Positions 39,136-50,621 of a stretch of 64,000 nucleotides of DNA are shown here, in pieces. Location: contig NC_089430.1 in assembly GCF_026210795.1 (NCBI RefSeq), forward strand, positions 2,480,001-2,544,000, read 5' to 3'. The first letter of the stretch is position 1. Every line of letters begins with the position of its first letter. A program made the position numbers and the translations under genes. The notes under the pieces were generated by a model. That model had not been told where the DNA came from. It did not search any database and worked only from the letters and a program-made list of their open reading frames with translations. This stretch comes from Rhizophagus irregularis. Its lineage: Eukaryota.

Positions 39136-40523
39136 ATATTTTGACCGAATTACTTTCAGATTTAATAAATTTTATTGATGATTTCAAAAGAACCAGTAAT
39201 TAAAAATAAAACTTTATTGTGATTCTGTTTTCGATTTCCGCGCTTTTCATAGGGTGTTCCAAATGATCAGGTGATGATCACCAGATGATGTGACGTAACA
39301 CTAGTACAGTAGCTCTATTAGATGAAGTGTTATCAGAATTATGTGAATAAACTTTGAGACTCATATTTATTATGATTACTTGCAGGAAAATTAACTTTAT
39401 GAACTTTACGATTCATTAAAGATGATTGTCACCGGGTAATAATAATTTTTCAACTAAGTCACCTTACTGTATTTCCGACTATAACACCTAAACTATTAAG
39501 TTATTATCTTATTTTTTCCGTTAAACTTGTTTAAAAGAAACCGATATATCACAAACATTGACGAAGAATTGTGAAGAATTGTTAAATAAGGTATGAAATG
39601 AAAATTTTTTTTTTTGTTGTGATTGTGCATTTACAAGAGAGCATGAATTCAATTTATCGCTAGTAATTTATTAGAATCAGCAAGATAAATTTTATTGCTG
39701 CGGCTATTTTATCCACAATATTGATGATTGAGACAAATGAAACCGGATAATCATATTAGTAATGAAGTTTAGACAAACGGAAAAACTGGTGGCATTAGAT
39801 AGACACTTTGCTGAGTCATGTATTAAATTTTATTTCTATTTCAATAATGGGTAAACTAGTTAAACAGAACAAATATTCGACATGTATTTTCCAGAATACG
39901 TTCTGCAATTTTAATCAAAATAAATATTTGTAGCATATCAAAAATTTCTGTATTGCGGCATTATTACGGCGTGATGTATATTAGAATGGTAAAAATGATT
40001 TTTTTTTTTTTGAGTTTATAGCACACTGGACAGTTTATATAAATTGGCTTTACTTTCTACTTCATAAAAATTTAATTTTTCCAATTGATATTACTTTACT
40101 AAATAAGATAGAAGTTAATCATACAATAATAAAAAATCTATCATAATCACTCTTGCGTACTGCTACACTATTAAGTATCCGTGCATTATCGATTGGCTCA
40201 TATGGATTTGAGCATTAGGAAACAAAGAATGCTTGTGCATACGTCATGTACGGTGTAAAGTTCATTCAATGGAAGAAGGGTCACAGCGTCACAGGGCGAA
40301 TTCTCATCTCCGTGTTTATTTTTGAGAGAGATTATCTGTCGCAAATGCGTTCATTAAGCTGCATATGTATGTTGGTTAATCCAATTTTGGTAAAATAATG
40401 AGGACAAAATTGTCTCTTTTACTAAATTGTTCATCATACTTTCCAATATCTTCATCAGAGGCTTGCGGGAGAACAGATTAAATGGCTTTGGATAAAATTA
40501 CGCATTATACTTGGTTACTTGTT

Positions 40524-40722
40524 CCCTATAAAAAATTTTTATCCGAATATTTCCATTATTTCTCCGTGTCTTCCGTAAAAATTCCGTTAAAATGATACAT
40601 TCACGGATATCCGTGTTAGCGAGATGAAAATTTCCATGATTTAAGGCTATATATTCCATTAAAATGATACATTCACGGAAAAAACATGGAAAGATAAAAC
40701 ACGGATCAGATTTTTTACAGGG
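40524..40722. mobile_element. 199-bp MITE with CCC..GGG ends and 3-bp TSD, inserted in a probable gene relic
   Basis: CCCTATAAAAAA / TTTTTTACAGGG; GTT at 40521-40523 and 40723-40725; internal TCCGT/ACGGA motifs. Confidence 0.7.
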
Positions 40723-41017
40723 GTTTCAAAGGTATCATTCGTGAGCATTTGTTATTTCCTTTATTGATTCTTACTGATTAGATTATCAGTTAAATCTAAA
40801 TCAGGGAACGAGAACTGGTAGAGCATCCGAAGCTTTATAATCATAAAATAATATAATCAATAACAATGTACCAAAAAATTCACCAAAAACATATATATCA
40901 TTAAAAAAAGTGGGGTCACTGCATCATTAAATTAATCATAAATATTAAATATGTTAAATTATATGTTAATAGTTAAACATAATTTTTTTTACATTATTAC
41001 ATTCAGTATCAGGATTA

Positions 41018-41122
41018 AACTCGGACGAGTCGAGTCGGGTTGAAAAATTTTAAATTTCAACTCGACTCAATTTTTCCGAGTTGAGTACGAGTTACCCTTG
41101 ACTCGAATCGACTCGAGCACTA
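41018..41122. mobile_element. Solo end of a hAT-like element
   Basis: Dense ACTCGA/TCGAGT motifs ending GAGCACTA; partner end not found. Confidence 0.45.
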
Positions 41123-43573
41123 AGAAAGTCTATTTTAAAAAGAAATTATTATAAAATGGTTCATATTTGTCATGTCTCCAGTGAAATTTAGGGTAGGATA
41201 ACAATAAAACAGCAACGACGAATGGTAGAGCTTGAAGAATGTGAATTAGTGGAAATGGAACAATTTAGAGAAGCGATAGAGGCCAAAAAAGTTAGCAAAA
41301 TGAGGAAATAGACCAGCCAGCTGAATAAAGAATACATTGGAAGGATCACGAAATAAGTAAACCAGGCAAACCATTCAATAGGCAATAAAAGTGACATGAA
41401 TGAACCATATTTTGGATAAATTCTTGTTAAAATCATTGTTTTGGAAACAAATTAGTAATTTTAAGAAGTAAAAATTTGAAGAGAAATCTTTATAACGAAT
41501 TAATATGATGGGTTTTAACTTGATTGGTTAATTTTACTACTAATCAATGAATTTATCAATTATGAAAATGCTGAAAGTTGGAAATTTTTAAAAGATATAT
41601 ATTAAGAAAACTGTAACTTAACGTCCTAAAGTCTCTTCGACTATAAGAAGCTCGTAGAATTGAAGCTATTGTCCACAAAATAATAATCATTAAAAATACT
41701 ATTTTGGCGTTTGCATTGTTAGCGAAAAACTGGACTGCCCAGACATTAACCACAGTTCCTTGATAAATTCAAATAAATACGTATATAGTGTATCAAGAAT
41801 GATTTTTTATGGTCCAATTGATCCATGCTTACTATTATTTTATCTAATTGTAAATCAAAAAGCTACCACGCTCTACTTTGGTATAATAACAGTATTAATT
41901 TTTCACCTCTGTGAATTCTTTTCCCTTAACGTTGTTAAGTAATGTACTCAATAATATTGCACTACTTTTACTTCAGTAATTATTTTTTAATTTATTTAAT
42001 AAATCGTATTTCCTATGGATGTACGTTTCACTACGTTACATTATTTAAGTGTCCTCCAACAGGTACCAAGGAATAATTAATTATTTTCATTAGATTAGTC
42101 TGCTTAATTTTTTTATCAGCAAATAATATATTAATAGTATAACTTTTGATTTTTTTTTAAAAAACGGTTAATACTATACTTTATTAAAAAAAAAGAACAA
42201 TTACATATTGATAAGAATAAATGGTATAATAATGGTTTGCAGGTTTGAGGAATATAACTACAGAAAATACAAGGTAAATTCAACATCTCCTTCAGTTTGA
42301 GACCTTGCTACAGGGAATTTTTCTAAACTAAGGTATACAAAAGTAAAACTGTTAGTAAGAATATAGACCGTGACAACCCCGCCACGGGTTATATCTGCAA
42401 ATTTTCATGGATTATCAACACTCGTTCATTGCATTATAGATAAAAATATTTTCCGATTACTTTTTGCCAGCACTGTATATTGTGTCTAAAATAAAATTTT
42501 CCCATTTCAATTTATTGGTAGCATTAAATCCTTGGAATAAAGACAATAGAGAAGCATTTCGCTTACTTAGCTTGGAATTAATAATGGCTCGTCACCTTCA
42601 AATTTATCATTATACTGTAATTGTTCCCCCAGGTATTATCAATGTTAAAAGTGTTATTATATACTACTGTATATACAGTATAAAGTTTTTATTTAAAATA
42701 CCTGTCCAATTTTACAAATCTGTCCATTTTTTATTATCATCTGAAACCTAGAAAATGTAGTAAAGAACATTTTGTATATAATCCATGAGTAAAATAGAAA
42801 ATTTCACAAATCAAAAAATTAAAACTTTGATTATAATAATAATCCAATCGAAACTAATCCGTGAATAACCAATTATAGAAAATTTTGTTTCATTTCTTTA
42901 AACTGATTAAAAAAAGGTAGAAATAAGTGGATTACTACAATCGTAGAGGAGGAAGCAGATGCAACATCAAAAATCATCACGTGCACGCTTACTGCACGAT
43001 GTGCAATAAAAATAATTCTATGTAGCCACCATCCATGTCTGTAGTGCATTTACCTTTTGTACTGGCCGGAATTATGTGCAAAATTGGTGCTTAATTTCGG
43101 AAGTATACAATAACATTTTTTTATGATTATAAAAAAAAGCAAAATTTGACGAACGAGATACGGATTTCCCCATAATCTGATCAAAATAAATTCTTTTAAA
43201 AAGTTTATTAAAAAATTGAATATTCAATAGTAAACAATCGTTTACAGATAATAAAGATAAATAGTATCATTAGTACTAAGTACGAACGCGTTCTCTTATT
43301 GAATTATCTATTTTTAGATTTTTATCATTTACAGTTTTTATTAAAAAAAATATAAATATAAATAATGTGTGTATTTACATATAGAAATAAAATTTTTTTT
43401 TTTATCTAAACTTAAAAATGATCTAAATTTATATCAAATTCGAGTATAAAAAAAAAAGCAGTGTATAATAAATTAAATCAAAAAATATATTATTATTTAG
43501 TTAGCAATCGTGGACGTGACAAATATTAATAAATCTTGTGGTCTCATAGATCCGTTCATTTCAGAATAATAAA

Positions 43574-44657
43574 TTAGCTGTCCTCATATTCCTCAAAATT
43601 TACTTGCCCACTTTTTTTTGCATATTCCCATAACTCAGTACACATAACTTTTTTAAATCTCTTATTAGCTTCTTGAAGATTTGCAATATCTTTGATTTTA
43701 TCTCTCTCAATATTCTCCGCCATTAGTCTTGCAAACATACAAACAAACACACCACAAGAACTTCCATCCATTTGCGGAGGCTGCTCATTTTGAAACATTA
43801 TATCTAACTCAAAATTAATTTGATTTTTCGATTCTGCTTTTCCAATTATTGTAGAACTACGGGTACTTTGATTAATTTCATTCGTATCAGGATCTCCACC
43901 CTTTATTTTATAATTTTTACACTCATCTTCCTCATATACATTATATTTACTGTGATATTCATCATTCAACCACCTAACGAGGTTTCTCCCGATAGTGATA
44001 GAGTTCTCAATTGATAATATCCCTAATGAATCCAAGATAGCAATTCTTTGATCTTTCATAAATATTGCAGCCAAGATCCAATGTGATTCATCTAAGATAA
44101 TTGGAACAAAAATAATTTCCTTCTGAAAAATTGCTGTTTTTTTTGTCCAACGTATGACAGAAGAATATTCGTATCTTCCAGTTGTTGTTAACTTTGTATA
44201 AAAAAAAGATGGAAGAGAAAATACATGAGAAAATTTCATGCTCAAGTAAGAAAGGTAGGCATTTATGTGATCAGAAGAAAGCCAAATATTTCTATCACAT
44301 AACTCATATAATTTTTTCGCTGTAATAGATTCAGGACTAACATAAATAATATTTTTATTATTAGCACTATACCATTCTCTTATTTCTATTGTACTTTCTT
44401 TGTTGTATTTAAAAATTTCAGAAAATTGAGGATATACTTCTTCTAGTCTTAATTTGCTTTTACGCTTTGAAAGTATATTTATCTTTGGGCTTGTACTAAT
44501 TTTAAAGTAAATTGTAAATAAATATTTTTTTAAAAAAACGTAACAAAAGTTCTTGAATATTATACCTTCCCCGAATATTTGATAATTTAGATCTTGTTCT
44601 ACTTGATACTTTTTCCTCAGTAGTCAGATCGTCAGCCATTATAACACTGTCAGACAT
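43574..44657 (-). CDS. Ulp1/SENP-family (peptidase C48) cysteine protease, 2 exons, 337 aa
   Basis: Exons 44657-44566 and 44495-43574 in frame; WLSSDHINAYL, FFYTKL..RWTK, catalytic ESHW, LDSL, QMDGSSCGVF. Confidence 0.88.
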
Positions 44658-45685
44658 TTTTCTCTGTTCTTAATATTAGAAAGGGATTTTTTTTCAGTTA
44701 AAAAATTTTGGGGTGATCAGAAATTATAAGTAAACTGATCATTTGCCGATCATTTTACAATAGGATAACAAAATGAAACTTACAGTAAAGTAGTAAAGTA
44801 TGTGTTATATTGAGAAATACCTGAAAATATCAAAAAAATTGCTTATAATTTGAATGAAAATAAATATAAATACTTTTTTTTTTATTAAAAAATATTGTAT
44901 TATTTAATTATTTAATATATAATATATATATAAAATTCCATTAATAATATCAGGATTCCGCTTACTTATAAGATAAGTTACTGGAAACTTAAAGTAAAAT
45001 TTATAATTAAGAATTTTTAAAGATTTTACTATATATATAAACAAATTATATCTAAAAAGAAAATATTACACTAAGTTATTGTGATTTTTTTCTTTTTAGA
45101 TCAATTAACTAATAGGATTACTGGTAAAATTACTAGTAAATTTAAAATTTTTTCTAGAGATTATTTCTATTAAAAGTAAGTAGAATTCTATAATTTAATA
45201 GTTGCAGAAAAATTTATTTAATAAAATAAATTTAATGGTATAAATTTTATAAATTTTAAATAAAAAGAATTATTCTAAATTTTATATTATACCTATTGTA
45301 ATTATATAAAATATATAAATACAGTTAAAACTTAATATAATAAACTTTCTTTCAGATGATTTTGGATTATTATACCAAATATTTGGTAAAATAAATATTT
45401 TTAATATACTGAACTTAATAATACAATTTTTAAAATATATTTATATCAAAAAAAAAATTATTAATTAAAAAAGTATATTTATATAAAGAAGTTTATAAAA
45501 CTTCTTTACTAATAATTAAAATTTATAAAAATTAATAGAATTTATCATTGTACATTTAATGCTAATTAAACTAATTTAATACTAACTAAAATTAGAATAA
45601 AATTAAATAATTATAAATAAATATGATTTTGATATATTAATATTATGAAATTTATAATAAAATCAGTATATTATAATAAAATTAA

Positions 45686-45952
45686 GAAAATTTCTAAGTT
45701 TACATGGGGTGTTTGTACACGGGTCATATAAATATAATTTTTAATAGACTAATTTTTTGTTTTTTAATTTGAAATTGAATGCTACTGACATTATACTCTT
45801 TTACTTTTTATTCTTATTATATTACAGATAAATATATATATTTTCACCTGCTCTGCAAGTTTACTTAAGGCATTAAAGGAGGTTTTGAATGCCGTTTTTA
45901 ATCTACTAATATGACCTGTGTTTAAACACCCTGTGTACAAATAGAAATTGCC
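45686..45952. mobile_element. Degenerate PIF/Harbinger-like MITE
   Basis: Imperfect ~40-bp TIR (AATTTCTA..TACA..GGGTGTTT..ACAC.GGTCATAT); TAA on both flanks; right end ..ATTGCC. Confidence 0.5.
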
Positions 45953-46537
45953 TAAAATTAATTATAAATAAATTTTGTTTAAAAAAAGTTTATTATTAGT
46001 TTACAGTTGGCTCGCGTTATAACAAATTTCAATATAACGAATTATTTAGTACAACAAATTTTCACTGTGGTACAGATTTTGACATATAAAAAAAATCTTA
46101 TATACTGAATTTTAATAATTAAATGCTGTATACCATTTAATGAAGTAAAGTGTATAAATAGTATATACAAAATGACTCACATTGTAATGAATTTTATATT
46201 ATAATGACACACTATTTTATAAAAATTTTGAATTTTAAATGGTTACTACTTGTGGCAATAGAATATATGTAAAATTTATAAAAGAAAATATATAGAAAAG
46301 GAATTATTTTAAATTATATTTCGGATTGAAGCATACCTACTATTAAGATAGGTCACCCTGTGACCTAAGGTAAGGTTTACATATAAAACTCTTTGAAGAT
46401 TCTACTATAAAAGGAAATTTTATGTTACATTGTTAGGATTTTTTTCCTTTTTAGTTAATTAACCAATAGAATTTAAGCAAATCCTAAGGTAAGGTTTCAT
46501 ATAAAAGTAAAATTTCTACTAGTAACATATCTTAATA

Positions 46538-47059
46538 CATCAGGAAATTTGTTTAGGCGTAATTTAGTGTAATGTTTCGAAGGTGGTGTAAAATTTCGAA
46601 ATATTACACTAAAAACGTAATATTACAAAAGTTTACGCTCTTAAATTTGAATAATTATAGTAATTTAAGAATATCTCGCTATCTACTGATCCAATCAAGA
46701 CGATCTATAGCTCATTGGAATCAGCTCATCAAGACGGATCGAATGGTAGTAAAATCGTATCTTTACGTTCGATAGATGATTTTCTATTAATTTAAAACTT
46801 TACTGCATACTATAGAGCGTTCTATCAACTGTAGAAATGCGATTTTACTACCATTCGATCCGTCTTGATGAGCTGATTCCAATGAGCTATAGATCGTCTT
46901 GATTGGATCAGTAGATAGCGAGATATTCTTAAATTACTATAATTATTCAAATTTAAGAGCGTAAACTTTTGTAATATTACGTTTTTAGTGTAATATTTCG
47001 AAATTTTACACCACCTTCGAAATATTACACTAAATTATGCCTAAACAAATTTCCTGATG
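46538..47059. mobile_element. 522-bp near-perfect foldback MITE with TA TSD
   Basis: TA|CATCAGGAAATTTG ... CAAATTTCCTGATG|TA; arms of ~220 bp with only about 2 mismatches seen. Confidence 0.93.
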
Positions 47060-47061
47060 TA

Positions 47062-47520
47062 GAAGTCTGGTAACTAAAAAAATGAAAAAAAGAAACGTTA
47101 GTACGTTCCTTTAATACAATTAGACACCAATACCCTCTCCCATATACCTAAATCTGGTTCTTCCAAGTTCATAGGAGTCCGGTAACTAAAAAAATGAAAA
47201 AAAGAAATGTTAGTACGTTTCTTTAACACAATTAGACACCAATACCCTCTCCCAATATACTTTACCGGGTTCTTTCAAGTTCCTAGAAGTCTGGTAACTA
47301 AAAAAATGAAAAAAAGAAACGTTAGTACGTTTCTTTAACGCAAAATAGACACCAATCTTTCTCACTATACTAAATCTGGTTCTTCCAAGTGTTCCTAGGA
47401 GTCCGGTAACTAAAAAAATGAAAAAAAGAAACGTTAATACGTTTCTTTAATATAATTAAACGTCTACCCTCCCCAATATACTTTACCGGATTCTTCAAAA
47501 TTCCTAGGAGTCCGGAGAAA
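47062..47520 (-). repeat. ~115-bp tandem array (4 units) of intron + micro-exon units
   Basis: Minus strand: AG|GTATAT or GTAAAG donor, TACTAAC branch point in three units, T-tract, TTTTAG; related to the array at 14690-15330. Confidence 0.8.
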
Positions 47521-48119
47521 TAAAAAAAAATTTTTTTTTTAAAAAAAAATGTGTATTTTAGATTATCAACAATTAGTTAAAAAACTGATCAGAGCTTAAC
47601 TGAATAAGGAAATTGCGAAACTATATCATAATATCATATGATATACTGTGCAGTTTCAGCTTACCGAAGCAAAAATATCATTCATGATATGAATAATCAT
47701 ATCTATTAAGAATGATGCCTTACCGAAACCTAGTTTTAGCAGTTTTGGCAAGCATCCGGCGTCCTAAAATAATTTTTTTAAAAAAAATTAATTATCTGAT
47801 CTCCATAAATATATTTATATTAAATATAAAATATCTAAAATTATTAGAGCTAAAAAAATATAAATAGAAGGTTATTATATTCCTATACGCCTTCTATTTA
47901 AAAATCTTTTTTCCTAAGCTTACCAGTCTGAAATGGCAATCCGGAAGCTAAATATACCTTTTATTTTGTATTTTGTACATGTTTGTTAAACTCTTGTAAA
48001 AGAAAAAAAGAAAAAGACTAGTAGACTTAAAAAAACAATGATTGTTTATTTTATAGTTTAAATAGTTTAATTTATTAAATCCACAGCATCGTCATTAATA
48101 ATAAAAATGATCTATATAT

Positions 48120-48381
48120 GAAAATACCAATATCTCTTATATTTTACTGATATTTCTAATATAAATATCAATGACCTATCAGGTTACTGATAGGTTTACC
48201 GATACCTTTATAACATTTCTTTAGAAATGATGGTTGATATCAATAAAAAATCATTGTCATATCTAAGTTAATGATACGTATATTGATTTTTAATATGTTT
48301 CTATCGCGCATATCAGGTTTATAATATCTGACCAATATGCCATAATAGCTTATGACCCGATATGCCATCATTCGACCAATG
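48120..48381. mobile_element. End of a DNA transposon abutting the truncated LINE copy B
   Basis: Ends CCCGATATGCCATCATTCGACCAATG|TA (reverse CATTGGTCGAA..ATATCGGG), similar in style to the TACTGGTCAAA..ATATCGGG MITE; left boundary uncertain. Confidence 0.5.
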
Positions 48382-49295
48382 TATACCAATAAGGAGTACG
48401 GCCAGGGCCACGTCGTCCAACCAAATTATCATAGTAAGCCTTCCAAGAAATTAAATGAGTTCCTTGAGGAGTAATAAGCTGAGATAAATAAAACAGTTGT
48501 CGTTTACGCAGGATGGGAAAATAGGCTTTGAAGGCTTTAGGCGTCATGCATTCAAATAGGGGAACGCGTCCGTTTAACAGAGATAAATTCGGAAGTTTCG
48601 AAAGTTGAGTATGAAGCAAACGAAAAGGAGTAGAAGTTAAGAGAACAATAGTGCATGCGATATAATCTTTTTTAAAAGAAAAAAGAGAAAACCATATAGA
48701 CCAGTCCTTAATTAAAAGGGGAGAAATAGGAATCAAAAAGTTATATTGAATTAAACACAATCTATAAATAAAAAGAGATTGGATAAAAGAAGAAGAAGAA
48801 TTAGCCATTAAAAATAAATTAGTAATATGACATTGTCGTTGATGAGCAAACAAATTAATCAAGCCCGAGGCGAGATAAAAATAGAATAGGATTGGGTAAA
48901 GAACGAGAAAAATTTGCTTTGTGCTTTACAACAGATCGTATACTTCTCGTTATTAGGTGGCAGTCAGATTCGGACAAGTGTGTAACTTGCATCCGGTATT
49001 CAAGTTTTGGTATAAGAATAGCATTATGTAAATACACGACTTGTTTGGGAGAGAGCTTTGCTGGTCGGATAGTCGCAGCAAAGGAGCAGCATTTGCGTTT
49101 GAGTTGCTTTTTGACAAAATCACGGGAGCTCTTAATGTTAAACCAGACACCTAAAAAACGAAAAGAAGTTGTCATGAAAATTGGGGTAATAGTAATGGAG
49201 GGAATACTATTTAAAGAGGATAAATCCAAAGTAAAAGTAATAGGGGATAAAGTGGAATTCGAAGTCAAAGGTAACGAATTGGTAATTAACACATA

Positions 49296-50621
49296 CAGAG
49301 GGCGATCAAAATTATCCGGCCACTTTGTTTTGGCAAATTTATGCCGATCATGACGTAATAACATGATGTAATCAATACATTATTTTGTATTTATAATCAT
49401 GATAAACATACCTCTTACTTAACTTCTAGAACTAGAACATAAAAATATGAAGCCACTTACTCAAAAACGCGTGGCGCAATTGTTTATGGACGTAATTGTG
49501 GACAATCAAGTCGTACAATTGCTAAACAGTTGGGATGTGGGAAAACAACTGTTAATGATATCTTAAGCGCTTTCATGAAACACACTTCCTTAACGCCAAA
49601 AAAACAAACTGGTCGTCCACCCCGCCTTGGCAATTCACCAAAGGCTCAACAAGAAAGCAAAGAATTTGTTCAAGAAAATGGTGAAAACTGCCGACTTTGC
49701 ACGAAAAAGCTTGCTACAGTATGGACAGCACGTACAGAACAACCTGTTTCTGCTATTACTATACGCCGTAAGCCCGTAACCTTAAGAAAGTTGGGTTAAC
49801 AGCTTGTATACCTCGTAAAAAACCTGCACTGTCAGAAGCACATTGTCAGGCTCGTCTTGAATGGGCCCATGCGCATGAAAATTGGAGTGCAAGAAAATGG
49901 AGACGTGTGCTTTTTTCTGATGAAAGCACTTTTACACAGTTTCAACAAGGACGTCGGGGAAAGGTATGGCGTGAACCTGGGGAAGAATTAAATCCTGACT
50001 GTATTTCAGTTACTGTAAAGCATAGTCCTAGCAAAATGTTTTGGGGGTGTTTTTGTTTTTCCTGAATGGACTTGGACCAATTGTTCCATTAAATGGTTCA
50101 GTTACTGGTCAAACACACGCTATAACCATTAAGGATTATGTTGTACCTACTTTACAAAGGCATTTTCCACAAGGTAATGGGATTTTCCAAGAAGATAATG
50201 CCCCACCACATCGTTCAAAGGTTGCTACGGCTGCACGCGAAAACGCTGGAATTGTGGGGTGCTTGATGGCCTGCCCAAAGTCCTGATCTCAATCCAATTG
50301 AGAACCTTTGGGCAGAAATGAAAATGATGGTTCGCCGTCGTACACCACCACCATCTAATATTAAAGTGCTTGAAAAATATGTTAAAGATGCGTGGAAAGA
50401 TATTCCTCCGGAATATTATAAAAAATTGGTTAATAGTATGCCTAAGAGAATTGAGGCAGTTATTGCCGCAAATGGCAATAGAATTAATTATTAATTTTTA
50501 CATAATTTAATAAATTAAATCATAAATAAAAACATTGATTTTAAATTTTTATTTTTTTTTCATATTTTTATATAAAAATTTTTTATTTTTAAAGTGGCCG
50601 GATAATTTTGATCGCCCTCTG
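49296..50621 (+). mobile_element. Tc1-family DNA transposon, full length (1326 bp)
   Basis: Perfect 31-bp TIR CAGAGGGCGATCAAAATTATCCGGCCACTTT; TA TSD; removal restores LINE HNKY-VLIT. Confidence 0.96.
49447..50494 (+). pseudogene. Tc1 transposase (about DD34E), frameshifted as assembled
   Basis: HTH SSRTIAKQLGCGKTTV, TGRP, RKKP, VLFSDES, FQEDNAPPH, SPDLNPIENLW, SMPKRIEAVIAANG. Confidence 0.9.

Noticed and set aside
42368..42400. Helitron 3' hairpin CCGTG..CACGG
   Set aside because: No CTRR terminus follows and no matching 5' end was found
50101..50115. TACTGGTCAAA inside the Tc1 transposase as another LINE target
   Set aside because: Only 11 of 16 bases match consecutively, within coding sequence, with no insertion
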